Of a DNA stretch of 64,000 nt, positions 26,536 to 40,317 are shown in pieces (position 1 is the stretch's first letter; each line of letters starts with the position of its first letter). The notes under the pieces were generated by a model. The model did no database searches. It saw only the letters and a list, made by a program, of their open reading frames with translations, and was not told the origin of the DNA. The translations under genes were made by a program, and so were the position numbers. The DNA is taken from NCBI RefSeq assembly GCF_006345805.1, contig NC_042998.1, positions 57,412,001 through 57,476,000 of the forward strand. The letters are read 5' to 3'. This DNA comes from Octopus sinensis (lineage: Eukaryota).

Positions 26536-26967
26536 TATGCAAACACAGAGAACACAATGCATCCCATTATGCCGTTCTTAAACAGATTACATATATTAAT
26601 TTCAAAAACTGTTTCTATATTTTTCTTTCAGTGCTTCCATCTTTTAATATTTAATAATGACTGAATTCTTCAAATACATCGTAAGACGCATCAGAAATTG
26701 TACACATCGATTTCTAGAAAATTAATGTTTATGAAACGAATAGAAGTACTTTGTAAGAAATAACATTCTTTTGTATTCAGATTGATTTCAAAATAGTTAC
26801 CTAATACTCCGTAAAACAGAGGATTTAATTTCATAAATGAATAGATTTAATGCCTTAATAACTATTTCTCGCTTTCTTTTGTTCTGTCATTTCTGTTTGT
26901 CGTTTTATCTGTTATCAATCTCTCTCTCTCATTCCCATCTTCTTTCTCTCTCGTTCTTTCTCTTTCA

Positions 26968-27001
<34 letters not shown>

Positions 27002-27263
27002 CTTTGTATATACACTCGCACACACACACATATATATATACATATGTGTGTGTGTGTATTTTATGTACTTAGAACCGACACGTACACAAACGAACACTAG
27101 TTCACAAGCGAGTATGGAGAATGAGCGCACACATACACGGTCGCGCGCACGTACACACAAACACACGCACGCACGCACGCAGACACACATTCACACACAC
27201 ACGCATACGCACACACACGTATAAGTGGTTGCAAAGCGCATTTTTTAACAACAGAACCAACTA

Positions 27264-28531
27264 TCAGGTCATCCCATAAGTTCTGTCCGATTTAACGTTT
27301 TTTTTAAAAATTGAATGAAATTTAATAGTATTTTAGAATATCTAATGGAATTAAAAACTATTTTTATGCATTTGAGTACATTTAAACTAATCAAATATTA
27401 TTTTACACAATAATACAATTAAATTTCTTTGATTAAACCCTTTCTAACATGGAAGTATCCAAAGAGCATTTAAGGCACATAATGCTTTATGAGTACAAAA
27501 AAAAGGAAACTCTGCAGTCGAAGCAACTCGAAACATACACTCAGTTTATGGGAAAGAATGCTTGAATGAAAGAAGTTGCAGAAGATGGTTTGCAAAATTC
27601 AGAAGTGGAGATTTCAGCCTTGAGGATGAAGATCGAACAGGATGTCCAGTTGAGTTTGATGATAAGCTCCTTGAGGCATTACTTGAAGAAAATCCTGCAT
27701 TATCATTTGAAGAATTGGCAATAAAGCTTAGTTCAAACCATGCCTTTGTTCATCGTCATCTTCAACAACTTGGAAAGGTTCCTAAACTTGGGAAATGGGT
27801 GCCTCATGAAGTGTCCGAAAGCAACCGCAAATCCCGAGTTGACATCTGCTATTCTCTCCATTCTCGCGAACTTATTTTACCCTTTTTGGATAGAGTTTTG
27901 ACGAAAAATGGATCTTCTATCGAAATGCTAAACGTGGCAAAAGGTAAAAAAGCTCAACCACAACCGAGAATGGAAATTCATGGGAAAAAGCGTTCTTCTC
28001 TGTATCTGGTGGAAATGCAAAGGAGTAATTCATTCTGCATTGTTACCACCTAATGCAGCAATGCTGAAGTCTACTGTCAGCAATTAGAGCATCTGAACTA
28101 AGCTTTGAAGAAAAAAAGACCCGCTTTAGTGACCCGAAAAGGAGTAATGTTTCATCAGGACAATGCGCGACCCCACACTGCAAAGATCACATCACAGAAG
28201 ATCGAAGAGCTTGGTTGGGAAAAAAATCCTCATCCACCTTATTCTCCCGACCTTGCTCCTTCAGACTACCATTTGTTTCGTAGTTTAGAGAATCATTTGG
28301 GGGACATAACTTTCGCAAGCCAGGAGGAGGTCGAAACTGTCATTTCAGAGGTCTTCGCTTTGAAATCAAAAGAATTTTATATTGATGGGATTAAAAAGCT
28401 TGTAAATAAATGGAAGGAAGTCATATTTAATCAGAGAAAGTACGTTGATGACTGAATTTCAATTAAGTATAACATTTGATCACTTGCTTTCTTTATTCAA
28501 AATTCGGACAGAACTTATGGGATGACCTGAT
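27264..28531 (+). mobile_element. Full-length mariner transposon (DD34D), 1268 bp
   Basis: Perfect 27-bp TIRs TCAGGTCATCCCATAAGTTCTGTCCGA (27264-27290 and 28505-28531), with TA on both sides. Confidence 0.97.
27449..28455 (+). pseudogene. Mariner transposase pseudogene
   Basis: MEVSKEHLRHIML.., KWVPHE, DEKWIFY (shifted frame), HQDNARPHTA-34aa-D within YSPDLAPSDYHLF; several frameshifts and an in-frame stop. Confidence 0.95.
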
Positions 28532-28711
28532 AAAATAGGGAATGTACAAAAATGGCGCTGTGCAACACGATTTTTGTCCTTTGGTAGCAACTGTTAATCC
28601 CTATTTGATTACACTTAGGAAGTATGAAAAATGGCTAATATTTCCTTCAAACTTTGATTATGTTACAATTATTCAAATCATAAAAAATACATCTAAACGC
28701 ATAGCTATGAT

Positions 28712-28835
28712 GTTCCCACTCTGCTCTTGTCCATGATCAGAGATACATATATTGTCAGCCACAAAGGGTTATGCTCACGTGGTTACGGTTAAGCAACTGA
28801 CAAGCAAATCTCTGGTATTGAGAAGAATATTTGCC
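28712..28835 (-). mobile_element. Partial diverged copy of the ~555-bp AAT-associated element
   Basis: GATCAGAGATACATAT..GTCAGCCAC..CAACTGACAAGCAAATCTCTGGTATTGAG is the reverse complement of the element's middle. Confidence 0.75.
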
Positions 28836-29214
28836 TGAAGATATTTTTCTTTCAGCAACTCAACGGTGAATCTGTTTGAAATGTAGTGGAAAATAGGTCA
28901 TTTTCAAAACATTGATGTCTACTTCAGAAAAGCTAAGTTCGAAGGAAATAGTGGCCATTTCCCTTCGTTTATTTCTTGATAGAAGCAAATAGTAAATAGC
29001 ACTTACTGACCAAAAACAAAAACAGAAAATGAACATTTTGTTACACAGTGTAATTGATTGAGTCGAATGACTGAAGTAAATAATTAAAAGGTTATTATAG
29101 ATTTTTGTTTTCATTTCTCCCCAGTATTACTTAATTAACTGATGACAAGATCATCTTTAAAAATAAATTGTTTCATACCTTTTTAATAGTACAGCTACCA
29201 CTACGGTTTCAAGA

Positions 29215-29830
29215 AAACTGCAGAGTCACACGCATGTGTTTTTCACTATGTCCATAGGAAGATCTTCTAAGACATCCTTGAGCTCGGCCACCAGCTCGGC
29301 CTTTGGCGTAGCATATAGCAATCCATCGAATCACAATCGGGGGAGCTAGGATGCCAGAAATTCGGAATGGTGAATTCGTAGAAATTCTCCGACCACCACT
29401 TCTGACACTTTCCGGAGATGTGGCAAGGAGCCAAATCCTGTTGCTGCACATATGACCTTTCGGCAGCAACCGTTTCCAACCAGGGATTGATCACTGTCTC
29501 CAGCATCCTCACAACTTGACCTTAGTTGTTACAATTTGTCTCTTGAGCATCTTGTACAAGTGCTAGCGATGTTCCTCATTCGGAGCCAGTTTCATGATGG
29601 TGACTGAAACATCCATCTCTCTCGCCCAAGCATTCATTTATTTGCTCCGATTTTCTATCACCTTGTCCTGCATTTGATGAATGAATCACGCGCGCGGGCG
29701 ATGTCAGGACGCCTGATGTGTCCCTTCCTGCTGGCCACAGAGTCGTAGTCCCTATTGCAGTTGCTAATGTCACGTCTTACATCCTTTACAATGTTCACAG
29801 CATTGAGCAGCAACCATAATACCAGCATTT
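29215..29830 (-). mobile_element. Degenerate Tc1/mariner transposon, DD37D (maT-like)
   Basis: YVQQQDLAPCH..WHPSSPDCDSMD has 37 residues between the Asp residues; the upstream DYDSVASRKGHIRRPDIAR..AREMDVS is the N-terminal region; internal deletion. Confidence 0.8.
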
Positions 29831-30148
29831 TGATACCCGCAAATAATTATCAACCAACTCTTTACCAACATTCAGATGGATTCTAGCGCTCCATCCCAGC
29901 TAAATTTAATATTTATGCTTTCCAAAGATATTGGCTGTTCACCAATACATGAAGCTGTTTCTGAGAAAAGGTGACAAAAAAGCCATCCAATTTAGCCCGA
30001 ACACATTGTAAATGATGCAGGTCAAAGCAAATGCATGTCGATAACATATTTCGGAAAATAAACAAAAATATAATCTGATATTATTAAGAAGAAATTTATG
30101 AATAGAAATATATATGTCGGCCTCGACAACAAAGAAAAATCGAAAGGT

Positions 30149-30186
<38 letters not shown>

Positions 30187-30932
30187 TACACACACTCACA
30201 TGTCAGAGGAACAGGTTCTTTGACTCATTAGTCGTTTTATTATGACGTAAGCGTAATACAATTAGACTCCCAACTCACCAGGCAGAGAAGGAAGCAATAA
30301 CTTGATTAATTAACGGATTGCCAACAAGTGAAATTTCTAATCAGTATACCAACATTTAAGTTTGAGGCGAGGGTGTTTCCAAGCTATTAGTCACAAGGAT
30401 TAGATAGTGGAATATAGTCGTAAATAGAAAGACAATTAGAGGCATTAAGGATCTTAAGAAGTCATTAAACTTAGCAACCTTGTCCACAAAAGCCAGTTGA
30501 GGCAGAACGTATCCGTATACAGCAGAAATTAGGCGCCAAGGAAACATTTACCTCTTCCGAAACAAGCTGGAAGGCAATCACCGACAATATCGGATGTAAA
30601 CCATTTATTGCACTATATTATTTTAAAGTCGTTATTAGTTATTCATTGATGTAATTAATCATGAGAGAAATGGGGAGAAGGAAGAAAAGGATAGATAGAA
30701 ATTAAAAAGAAATTGAACAAAATAAGATTAATGAAATGGAGATTTAAAATAGAGAGGATTAATCCACACAATGATCGCAAGACTGCTCGGAATAAAGAAA
30801 CAAGTATGCGCTCTAAAATATTGAAATTTGTATATATAATACACCGTGTTAATTTAAAGGTATCAGTTTATGAATATATTTCGTTTTTGGATTTGGTTTG
30901 CAAGATTCTTTATATGAGTTCGTGTGTTAAAG

Positions 30933-31219
30933 CATATTCTGTTGTGTCTGGGGAGAGTCATTTTCTTTTTGTGTCTTGTAATGTAACACACTCAGCGGTA
31001 AAATTTCCACTTCTTTTCTTACTTTTATTTTCCTAAAATTTTCGTTGCGTCTTGCAACCTTTTCAATAGGGACAGAGTCAAGACTATTGAAAAGGTTGCA
31101 AGATGCAACGAAAATTTTAGGAAAATAAAAATAAGAAATAAGTGGAAATTTTACCGGTGAGTGTGTTATATTATAAGGCACAAAAAGAAAATGACTCTCC
31201 CCAGACACAACAGATTATG
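30933..31219. repeat. Long inverted repeat: 137/136-bp arms, 14-nt loop
   Basis: 30933-31069 is the reverse complement of 31084-31219 with 8 substitutions and one 1-nt indel (hand alignment). Confidence 0.97.
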
Positions 31220-32857
31220 AATATATGTTTGTAGAGTAACGAAATATGTAGGTATCAATTAATTATTTGCCGAAAATCAATGGGTTCAAAGGTCAGATCT
31301 TAAGAAAGGGAAGAATTAATCATCAGTTGAATAAGCAGAAACACGTTAACCTAAATTGCTGCAATATTATTTAGAATATAGTAACCAATTCAAAACATAG
31401 AGGTCCAGAAGATGGCCACCTAATGATTTCAAATTGTATCGAGTTACATAATGGAATGTTAAAAAAGTTTCTTAGAACTATAAGAATTATGAAGATCATG
31501 ACACTAATCAGTGTTAAGAGTTTATGGGACTATAACGCATTACGATTAGCGAGTGTGATGCTGTTATTATAAACATGTGCAAATGCTAAAAGTAAATTTA
31601 ATATGAAACAGGTTTTATAGTCATCAATATTTTTTGTTAGAACTAGGATATGCAAAGACAGTTCGAATATGTTCTGTTACAACGGTAATGATATTAAGGT
31701 ACACAATACTACATAAAAATAATTCAAGAACTTTATTACGAGTGATTAATCTAATGTGTAATGTGTACTAGTGATTCATGTCTATACTATAGGTCAATAG
31801 GTACGTGTACAACGTTCAGGAAAGAGCTAGAGGAACGTTTTTAGTATAGAATGCGGGCATTTGTTCCTTAATACATCCGATGTACTAATAACCTCCCATG
31901 TGCATCTTATGAGTTGTAACAATTCCACACAGCAGGGATTATAACCACATCTGTCATTAACAAAAGGCTTAGTGCGTCTCACAATGCTTCATGTCAAATA
32001 GAATTCAATTTTTTTGTCCTTTAACTCTCAAATGTTCGCAGGGAGTGGTGTTGCTCTTGCTTTATCTCTCCCTCTAAATGTGTGAAGATGATCATATATT
32101 CTCAGTTTGAAAAAAAGTAGAACTCACGAAGGCAAATGTATGTAGGTTAGATTTAACGTTGAGTTTGAACACAATATTTTTGATCAGATATATTATCTGG
32201 CGCGCATTGAAATTTATTCTGACAATTACTTATTTTAGATGACGCTGGGATAGTAGTATCATTCCGTATATGATATTTACTCTAATGCTGTACATAACCA
32301 TATTCAATATAATACTTACAGTGTTAGCTACTCCGCCGGTACTAGCATTACCAGGTTCCTATAAGTTATTATAAGCATCATAAGCTTTACATGTGATCCC
32401 AAATAATTATAACCGTTATCATTATTATTACATTTACCACAGTTGTAGTCTGTCGTTATTAATAATATATTTATAGTCATTATCATTACATGGATTCGAC
32501 GATGGTAACTCATTTTACGTGAACGAAAAGGCATCGTTATATAAATAAAGTAAAAAGAGTAAAAGAGCTGATAAAATAAAGCTTTGTGTTTCCAGAATAA
32601 TACATCTACTAATAGATAGTCCTTCCTAAACTCATTGGGGTAGCTAAGTGCACAGGTTAGTATCTATCCAACAATTCGATACTGCGGATTGTTACTCAGA
32701 TTTTATTGAGTTTTATGCTACCAATTGATTTACTAGCAGGCTACTAGTAAGAATATTTACGATGAACCCCTACCAACTAAAACACACAGATACGCACAGA
32801 CACACAGACACACAGCACACGCACACACGCACACACACACACACATACATATATATA

Positions 32858-33066
32858 TAGGGAGAATTCACGAAAAAAGCAAAAGACGAACACATGTGGT
32901 GTAGCAAATAAACAGATGTATTAGTATAACGCCCGAGAACTGAAAAATCTTTAACGTTTCGAGCCTACGCTCTTCCACAGAAAGGAACACACAAAGAAAC
33001 AAGGAGAGATAAAAAAATGTGTGTAGTGGCTACCGATCTATCATGGCGAATGCCGGACAGAAGGGT
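32858..33066 (-). mobile_element. Penelope-like terminal-repeat remnant next to (TA)n
   Basis: Contains a hammerhead-type motif and abuts a TA microsatellite like the remnant at the window end. PLE origin is an inference. Confidence 0.6.
32949..32984 (-). ncRNA. Minimal type-I hammerhead ribozyme-like motif
   Basis: RNA CUUU-CUGUGGA-A-GAGC-GUAG-GCUC-GAAAC-GUU-AAAG. Helix I CUUU/AAAG, helix II GAGC/GCUC, palindromic helix III ACGU; core A6 replaced by U. Confidence 0.6.
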
Positions 33067-33129
33067 CACACAGAAGAGTTAAGAAGTAGGGGAGATAACA
33101 AAGTAGTAGTAATCCCCAAACGAATGTGC

Positions 33130-33545
33130 GCGTGTGTGTAAGAGAGTACTATGTGCCTGTGAATGAGGGCTGGTGATCTTGACGTGTGCGTGTGTGTATG
33201 TGTAAGTGTGAAAATGTGGGGATGGGAATTGGTCAATGCTGGTGTGTGCATAGTGGTGTGTTGTAATGTGATGTGTAGTGTGGTATGGTGCAGTGTGATG
33301 TGGTGGTATGGTGCAGTGTGATGTGGTGTGATGGTGGGGGAGGCGAGATTGGGGAAAGCACGGGTGGGGGTAGATGTGGGAGCTATGTGGGGTATGTGGG
33401 AGAGGGTATAAGGGATGGGATGGGTGGGATGGGAAGGATAGGGGAGGTGGGGTAGCAATGTGTAGGGGTAGTGTGGGCTTATGTGGGAGGGTTGACGATG
33501 AAGGGGGAAGGGGAAGGTGAGTATGAGAGAAGAGAGAAGAAAGAA
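33130..33545 (+). repeat. G/T-rich low-complexity tract with many GGG runs
   Basis: GTGTG, GTGATG and GGGAT repeats read directly. Confidence 0.85.
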
Positions 33546-33756
33546 AAGAGAAAGAGAGTAGGGGTACACACTCACACACAAACATATATTTATGTATGTA
33601 TATATAAATATAAATATATACATAAATATATATATACATTTTTTAGGCAAATAAAGTCAGTTATTTTTTGTTAAGATATATTCTTAGAAGTAATAAACTA
33701 ATTAAAATGATGTAGAATAGGCAAAGAAGCCATTTCTCACGCATTCATATATACTA

Positions 33757-33773
33757 CTACTACTACTACTACA

Positions 33774-33835
<62 letters not shown>
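33757..33835. repeat. (CTA)n/(AAT)n microsatellite
   Basis: Direct reading. Confidence 0.95.
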
Positions 33836-33837
<2 letters not shown>

Positions 33838-34391
33838 GCCCTGATGCAGTACCAGGCAGTGGCTCTCATGGCTTCTGATCTTAACTGATTGGAAGTGTTA
33901 TCATGTACATTGTTTTGTCTTGGTATAAAAGATGGGCTACAGCAAATATTCTGCTCAATACCACAGATTTGCTTGTCAGTTGTTTGACCATAACCAGTTG
34001 AGCATGTCCCTTAGTGGCTGACGATATGTGCATCTCTGATCATGAGCAGAAGTAGTTGGGGAGCATCATAGCCATGTGTTGAGAGGGATTCTTTGGGGTT
34101 TGGATAATTCACCTTTGGAAACATGGGTGTTTCGTTCAACATCCTTAAACAACCCTTATTCAAGGACCTTTTGAGCGGGATGGGTTACTCGACCAGTAGA
34201 AAATTCTAACTGGGCCCCACCTGCAAGGTCTTGTGCTATTTATCATAATATGAGATTACCGTGTCGCACACATATAGTTGTGATGCATTCGCCTGGTGTA
34301 CCCTTATCAGACGGGTAGTCATGATGGGTATATTGGGCTTCGTATATTTTACCCCAGTGTCACTTTGATGACATGCATTGCTCCCTCACCG
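33836..34391 (+). mobile_element. Unclassified ~555-bp non-coding element embedded in (AAT)n, copy 1
   Basis: Starts ATGCCCTGATGCAGTACCAGGC and ends GCATTGCTCCCTCACC; at least 7 related copies in the window. Confidence 0.85.
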
Positions 34392-34395
34392 AATG

Positions 34396-34444
<49 letters not shown>

Positions 34445-34446
<2 letters not shown>

Positions 34447-37400
34447 GAAATAAACTCGGGATGTTTAACATGCAAGAGTGATAAAACACTGCTGCGAAAT
34501 CTAAGCAAAATCATCGGGAATATAGACATCACATGGAGCTAAAGAAGCTGACAAAGTGTGGGACTATATGCGAGTAAGGAATACTCATTGAAATGTATTT
34601 CTATTTTCCAAATGTAATTATGTATTTTAACTGTATATCATCTCCACTGCATGCACAGCACTTGTAAACACGCTCGCCACATTACGATCCAAACAACACC
34701 AGACCATCTCCATCCCCAAACCCCATGTACAAAAAAATTAAAAGTAAATGAAATAATACCGGTATTATTCAACCCAAAAGTAACAATCGGGAAGTACGTA
34801 CTTTAAGCTTGTTACACAAAAAGTACGAAAAACTAAACGTGCAAAATAATTTAACAGCAGAAATAAACGGACAGGTACCCTACGAAAATGACAACCGTCA
34901 AAATAAAGGGCCGGACGTTATTCCTCATGTCCCGCAAATAAGATCAAAAACGCATAAATGGACACGTGAAGAATATATTTCAATCCGAACCGCTTATTTT
35001 ACAACAGTGCTCTACCCAAAGAACGAAAACACCGTAACATATTCATATAAAATCTGGAAGAAAAATAACCTAAATAAAGACTTGGATACAGCAATGAACC
35101 CTAATAAACTAGTTAACATACAAAGATATATTCTCAAAAAAAAAAATCAGAAATAGAAATTGAACACTTAAAACGAAAAATACATCAGGAAAATGTAGAT
35201 AGTAACCACACAGCAAATAATATCATAAGCACTGAAACAGTAAAACTCGACGACAGACGTAACTTTTCCAACAAAAGCGAAGTAAACAACGAAAGACAAC
35301 AAATCAGACCGTAGGAATGTATAATGATGAGCAAAAAGCACCAACCCAGAACACCACAGACAAACATATGAACGAGAAGAAGAGCGAAACAAATCTAAAA
35401 ACCGGAAATAGTGATGGTGAACCTAATGATTATAATACTCTAAAAATGAGCATAAACAAAGACCTGAAAGCCACAGATCTCAGTGTGGACCACCAATTGT
35501 ACCTCCCAAACATTAGGATTGATCCTAAAACCACATCAATTATAAATATCATACACCTGGCCGTCACAGAACTAATAGCCACAGGGAAAAATGGCAATAT
35601 CACTGGGCTAAATGACATAATATATGCAACAGTCACTGTGGCCACAAAAGAAGCTGGATGCTCCCTCAAACCAATCCAAACAGGAGTACCACCACCCAAA
35701 CAAACCCTGTGGATAAATAATATCCAGAAAAATAGAAAACAAGAGAAAGGATCTGTCAATCCTCAAAGAAACTAGTAGACAATCAACACTACTAAGCAAC
35801 AAGAAGAGAACAGAAATATTGTGCAAATACAACATTACAGCAAATGGTTTACCTGAGGTAAAAGAACAGCTAAAGCAAGATATCCTTGCCAAAGCACAAA
35901 AGATCTGCCTGTATGAGAAACGCCAAGGTTTTTTAGAAGAAAGCAAACAGTTCAACTCCAACCCCAAAAGATTCTACCAAGAACTTGGCAAAAATGAAAT
36001 AGACATCAATGCAGCACCAACGGCAGAAGTGGATGAATTTTGGAAAGAAACATGGTCGGTGAAGGAACAACCTCAGAAAAGGGCTATGAAAACAACGAAC
36101 TTAGCACCTAAACAACTCTGGACCCCTATAACAACTAAAGAGGTCACCCAGGCACTGCTAAATCTAAGCAACTGGAAGACACCCGGGCACCGACAAGATC
36201 CCTAACTACTGGTTAAAATATCTGACGGAAACACGCAAAAAGCTGGCTAAGAAATTTAATGACAAACTAGCAGAGTCAGAGACAATGCCTGAATGGCTCA
36301 TGAAAGGGAAAACTATCTTAATTCCCAAATCCACTGAAACGGAAAACCCACAAAACTACAGACCAATAACTCGTCTTCCTATAATTTACAAAGCCTTTAC
36401 TCCAATAATAGCACAGAGAACTGCAAGCATCTGGAAGAAAACAACCTATTTCCAGAAGAGCAGAAAGGATGCTGCAAGGGTTCATACAGCTGTAAAGATA
36501 TAGTAATGATCAACAAAGCCATAACTGAAGACAGCCGCAGGAAGAAGAACTTAAGTATGGCCTAGATCGATTACCGAAAGGCTTTTGATAGTATTCCCTA
36601 CACGTAGATCCTAGAAACACTAGCCACGAACAAGGTAACACAGATAATCATAAAATATATAAAACAGTCTAGACAGTGCTAGAGCGCACAAACAAAAGAG
36701 GGATTGATAAAAACCAAAGCCATCCCCATTAAAAGAGATATATTCCAGGGAGACACGCTCTCTCCACTCCTTTCCTGCTTGGCAATGATACTTTTATCTG
36801 ACATGCTAAACAGAATTGGATACGGATACAACTGTTACGGCAAAGCATTCAGCCACTTATATATGGATGACCTAAATCTATACGCTACAAATGATAAACA
36901 GCTGGAAACATTACTACACACTGTACATTTATCAAAGAAGTAAACATTTACCAAAGAAGTAAACATGAAATTTGTCTTAGCAAAATGAGCCAAAGCAACC
37001 TTGAAAAGAAGAAAACTAGTTAAGAGTAGCAACATCACACTAGATAAAGCAAATGAAGTAACAGAATAACACCAAAGCCAGATATACAAATATTTAGGAA
37101 TTAATGAACTAGATATGATACAACACGCACAAATGAAAGAGAATATAAAAAAGAATACTATAGACGAGTTAGATTAATATTGAAAACAGAGCTCAATGCG
37201 AAAAACAAGATAATAGGTATCAACAATCTAGCCGTCCCAGTTATAAGTTACAGCTACAATATACTTAACTGGAACCTAAAGGTACTAATCAAAATAGATA
37301 GGAAAACAAGAAAAATAATGACAGGATTTAGGATGCACCACCCAAAATCTAACATAGAAGGGTTATATATACAACGATAGAAGGTGGTAGAGGCCTTATA

Positions 37401-38225
37401 CAGCTATAAAACTATTACAAATTAACCATCATAGGACTGCAAAAATACCTACTTCAGAAGCAAGAAAAACTAATACAAATGGCCACAAAACACGAACAAA
37501 AACAAGAGGCTGTTTTCAGTCATTAAGGAAGCTGACAAATACAAACAAGAAGCAATACTACCTAACAACTATGAAGAAAAAGAAGAAACAACAAAAGCTG
37601 TAAAACAAATGAAATCCAAACTAAAACTAGAACAGCAACTAGACGCAAAAGAAATAGATAAAACAAAATCCCAACAATAGTTGAGAAGCTCAGGACTCAA
37701 AGCAGAGAGTGAAGGATTTTTAATTGCAGCACAAGACCAAAGCATCTCCATCAGAAATTACCAAAAACATGCCAATACACACAGATAAAGAAATTAAGAC
37801 CAATACACCAGATATAGTTATTAGAGACGATGAAGAAACAAAAGTGCTTTCTTATTGATGTATCAATACCAACAGTTTCTCTAAAACGTTTCTCTAAAAG
37901 AAATGGAGAAGCCTCCAAAATACAAAGGCCCAGAAAAGGAGGTAGCTCGAATGTAGAGTCTAAAAACAGAAATAATTCCTATCATAGTGGGTGCATTAGG
38001 TATGATAAAAAATTACTCAGACAAATACATAACAAAAACATCAGGACTAACAAGTATATATAATATACAGAAAATAGCACTACTAGGCACTGCACACACC
38101 CTATGTAAAACACTTTCAATTCAGTAATCATAAGCGCATCACATAAAATCACAGCAGATACCTAAGGCACAAAAACTGCGCTCAGTAGTGCAGTGAAAGC
38201 AGTTTATAAAAATAAGACTACTGAA
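34445..38225 (+). mobile_element. Near full-length degenerate R4/Dong-clade non-LTR retrotransposon
   Basis: In order: HKWTREEY; NWKTPG; PEWLMKGKTILIPK..NYRPIT; EEQKGC; DYRKAFDSIP; IFQGDTLSPLL; YMDDL; YKYLG; AVPVISYSY; GFLIAAQDQS; PDIV..LIDVSIP; IPIIVGALG; (AAT)n tail. Many frameshifts. The 5' boundary is approximate. Confidence 0.95.
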
Positions 38226-38894
<669 letters not shown>

Positions 38895-38912
38895 AATAAA
38901 AAAAAAAAAAAA

Positions 38913-38943
<31 letters not shown>

Positions 38944-38949
38944 GTAATA

Positions 38950-39290
38950 CGGAGAGGCTTCCAAATACAAAGACTTGGAAATAGCGGTAACCCGAATGTA
39001 GAGTCTAAAAATAGAAACAATTCCTAACCTAGTAGGCGCACGCATTAGGTGTGAGAAGAGAAATATTGAGACACATACATAACAAAAACACCAGGACTAA
39101 CAGGTATATATAACATACAGAAAATAGCACTACAAGGCACCGCTCACATCCTACCTAAAACCTTTCAATACAGTAAGGATAAGAGCATCATAACAAACCA
39201 CTATCCCCCATCCCTATACCCAAGGTACACAGTGCTACGCTCGGTAGTAGAGAGAAAGCACGTGATAAGACTACTGATCATTAAAATTAA
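38950..39290 (+). mobile_element. R4/Dong 3' fragment
   Basis: Matches 37915-38225 (AAATACAAAGAC..ATACAGAAAATAGCACTAC..TAAGACTACTGA). Confidence 0.85.
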
Positions 39291-39459
39291 TGATAAGAAC
39301 AACAACAACAATAATAATAATAATAACAATAATAACAATAACGATAATAATATTAATAATAATAACCATTATTATTATTAGTAAATATTAGTAATAACTT
39401 GTAATAACTAAATTAAATTTCTCAAATATTTATAAAATAATACATTATACATAGATAGT

Positions 39460-39507
<48 letters not shown>

Positions 39508-39984
39508 TCACTCATATACTCACATCCTTATATAAGTTCCAGAGCAAAGACACGCATACTTTTATATGGACTGGTGCACATATAACGATACTCACTTATG
39601 CACACTACCATCCATATAAAGATATTTATATATGCACACACAAAGAGGTACATATAGTTCTACATAAGAGTTAATATGAATCAAATATACTTGTACGAAA
39701 GCTACAATTTCATATCTTTTTATAAAACACAATATTCATGCATATACTATATTACATTCCAAATCTTATTTTAAAATGCATTGAAATTTTCCGAGATTAA
39801 TATGAGATGTTATTACAACAATTAACTGTTCTCATGATTATATCTCGAAGCAATTTCCGAATGTTTGATAATTAGTTTTCTTTTAGCTAGCTATATACTT
39901 AGAGTGGGATAAATGGTTATACTAGCGTGTATAAGATTTACAATATTAGCAACAATAATAACAATGAAACTAGTAACAAAGACC

Positions 39985-40018
<34 letters not shown>

Positions 40019-40089
40019 TCGATAATAATAACTATAGGAACAGTAAAGGCAACAAAGGATAATTGTAGAACTAATAATGCAAATGATCG

Positions 40090-40195
40090 TTAAAATGAGT
40101 AGCGATGAGAATAACCAATTTTATAATAATAATAATAATGATAAAATAAAATAATAATAATAATAATGATAATATTAATGATAATGATGATGATG

Positions 40196-40227
<32 letters not shown>

Positions 40228-40236
40228 GATGATGAA

Positions 40237-40270
<34 letters not shown>

Positions 40271-40281
40271 TAATAATAATA

Positions 40282-40317
<36 letters not shown>

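Noticed and set aside
32041-32137. Strong acceptor and GTATGT donor pair
   Set aside because: All three frames contain stops; at most a non-coding exon, and this cannot be supported from sequence alone.
33066-33650. The two longest ORFs (194 and 186 aa, His/Thr/Pro-rich)
   Set aside because: Antisense reading of a G/T-rich low-complexity tract, which lacks stop codons by composition; no domain.
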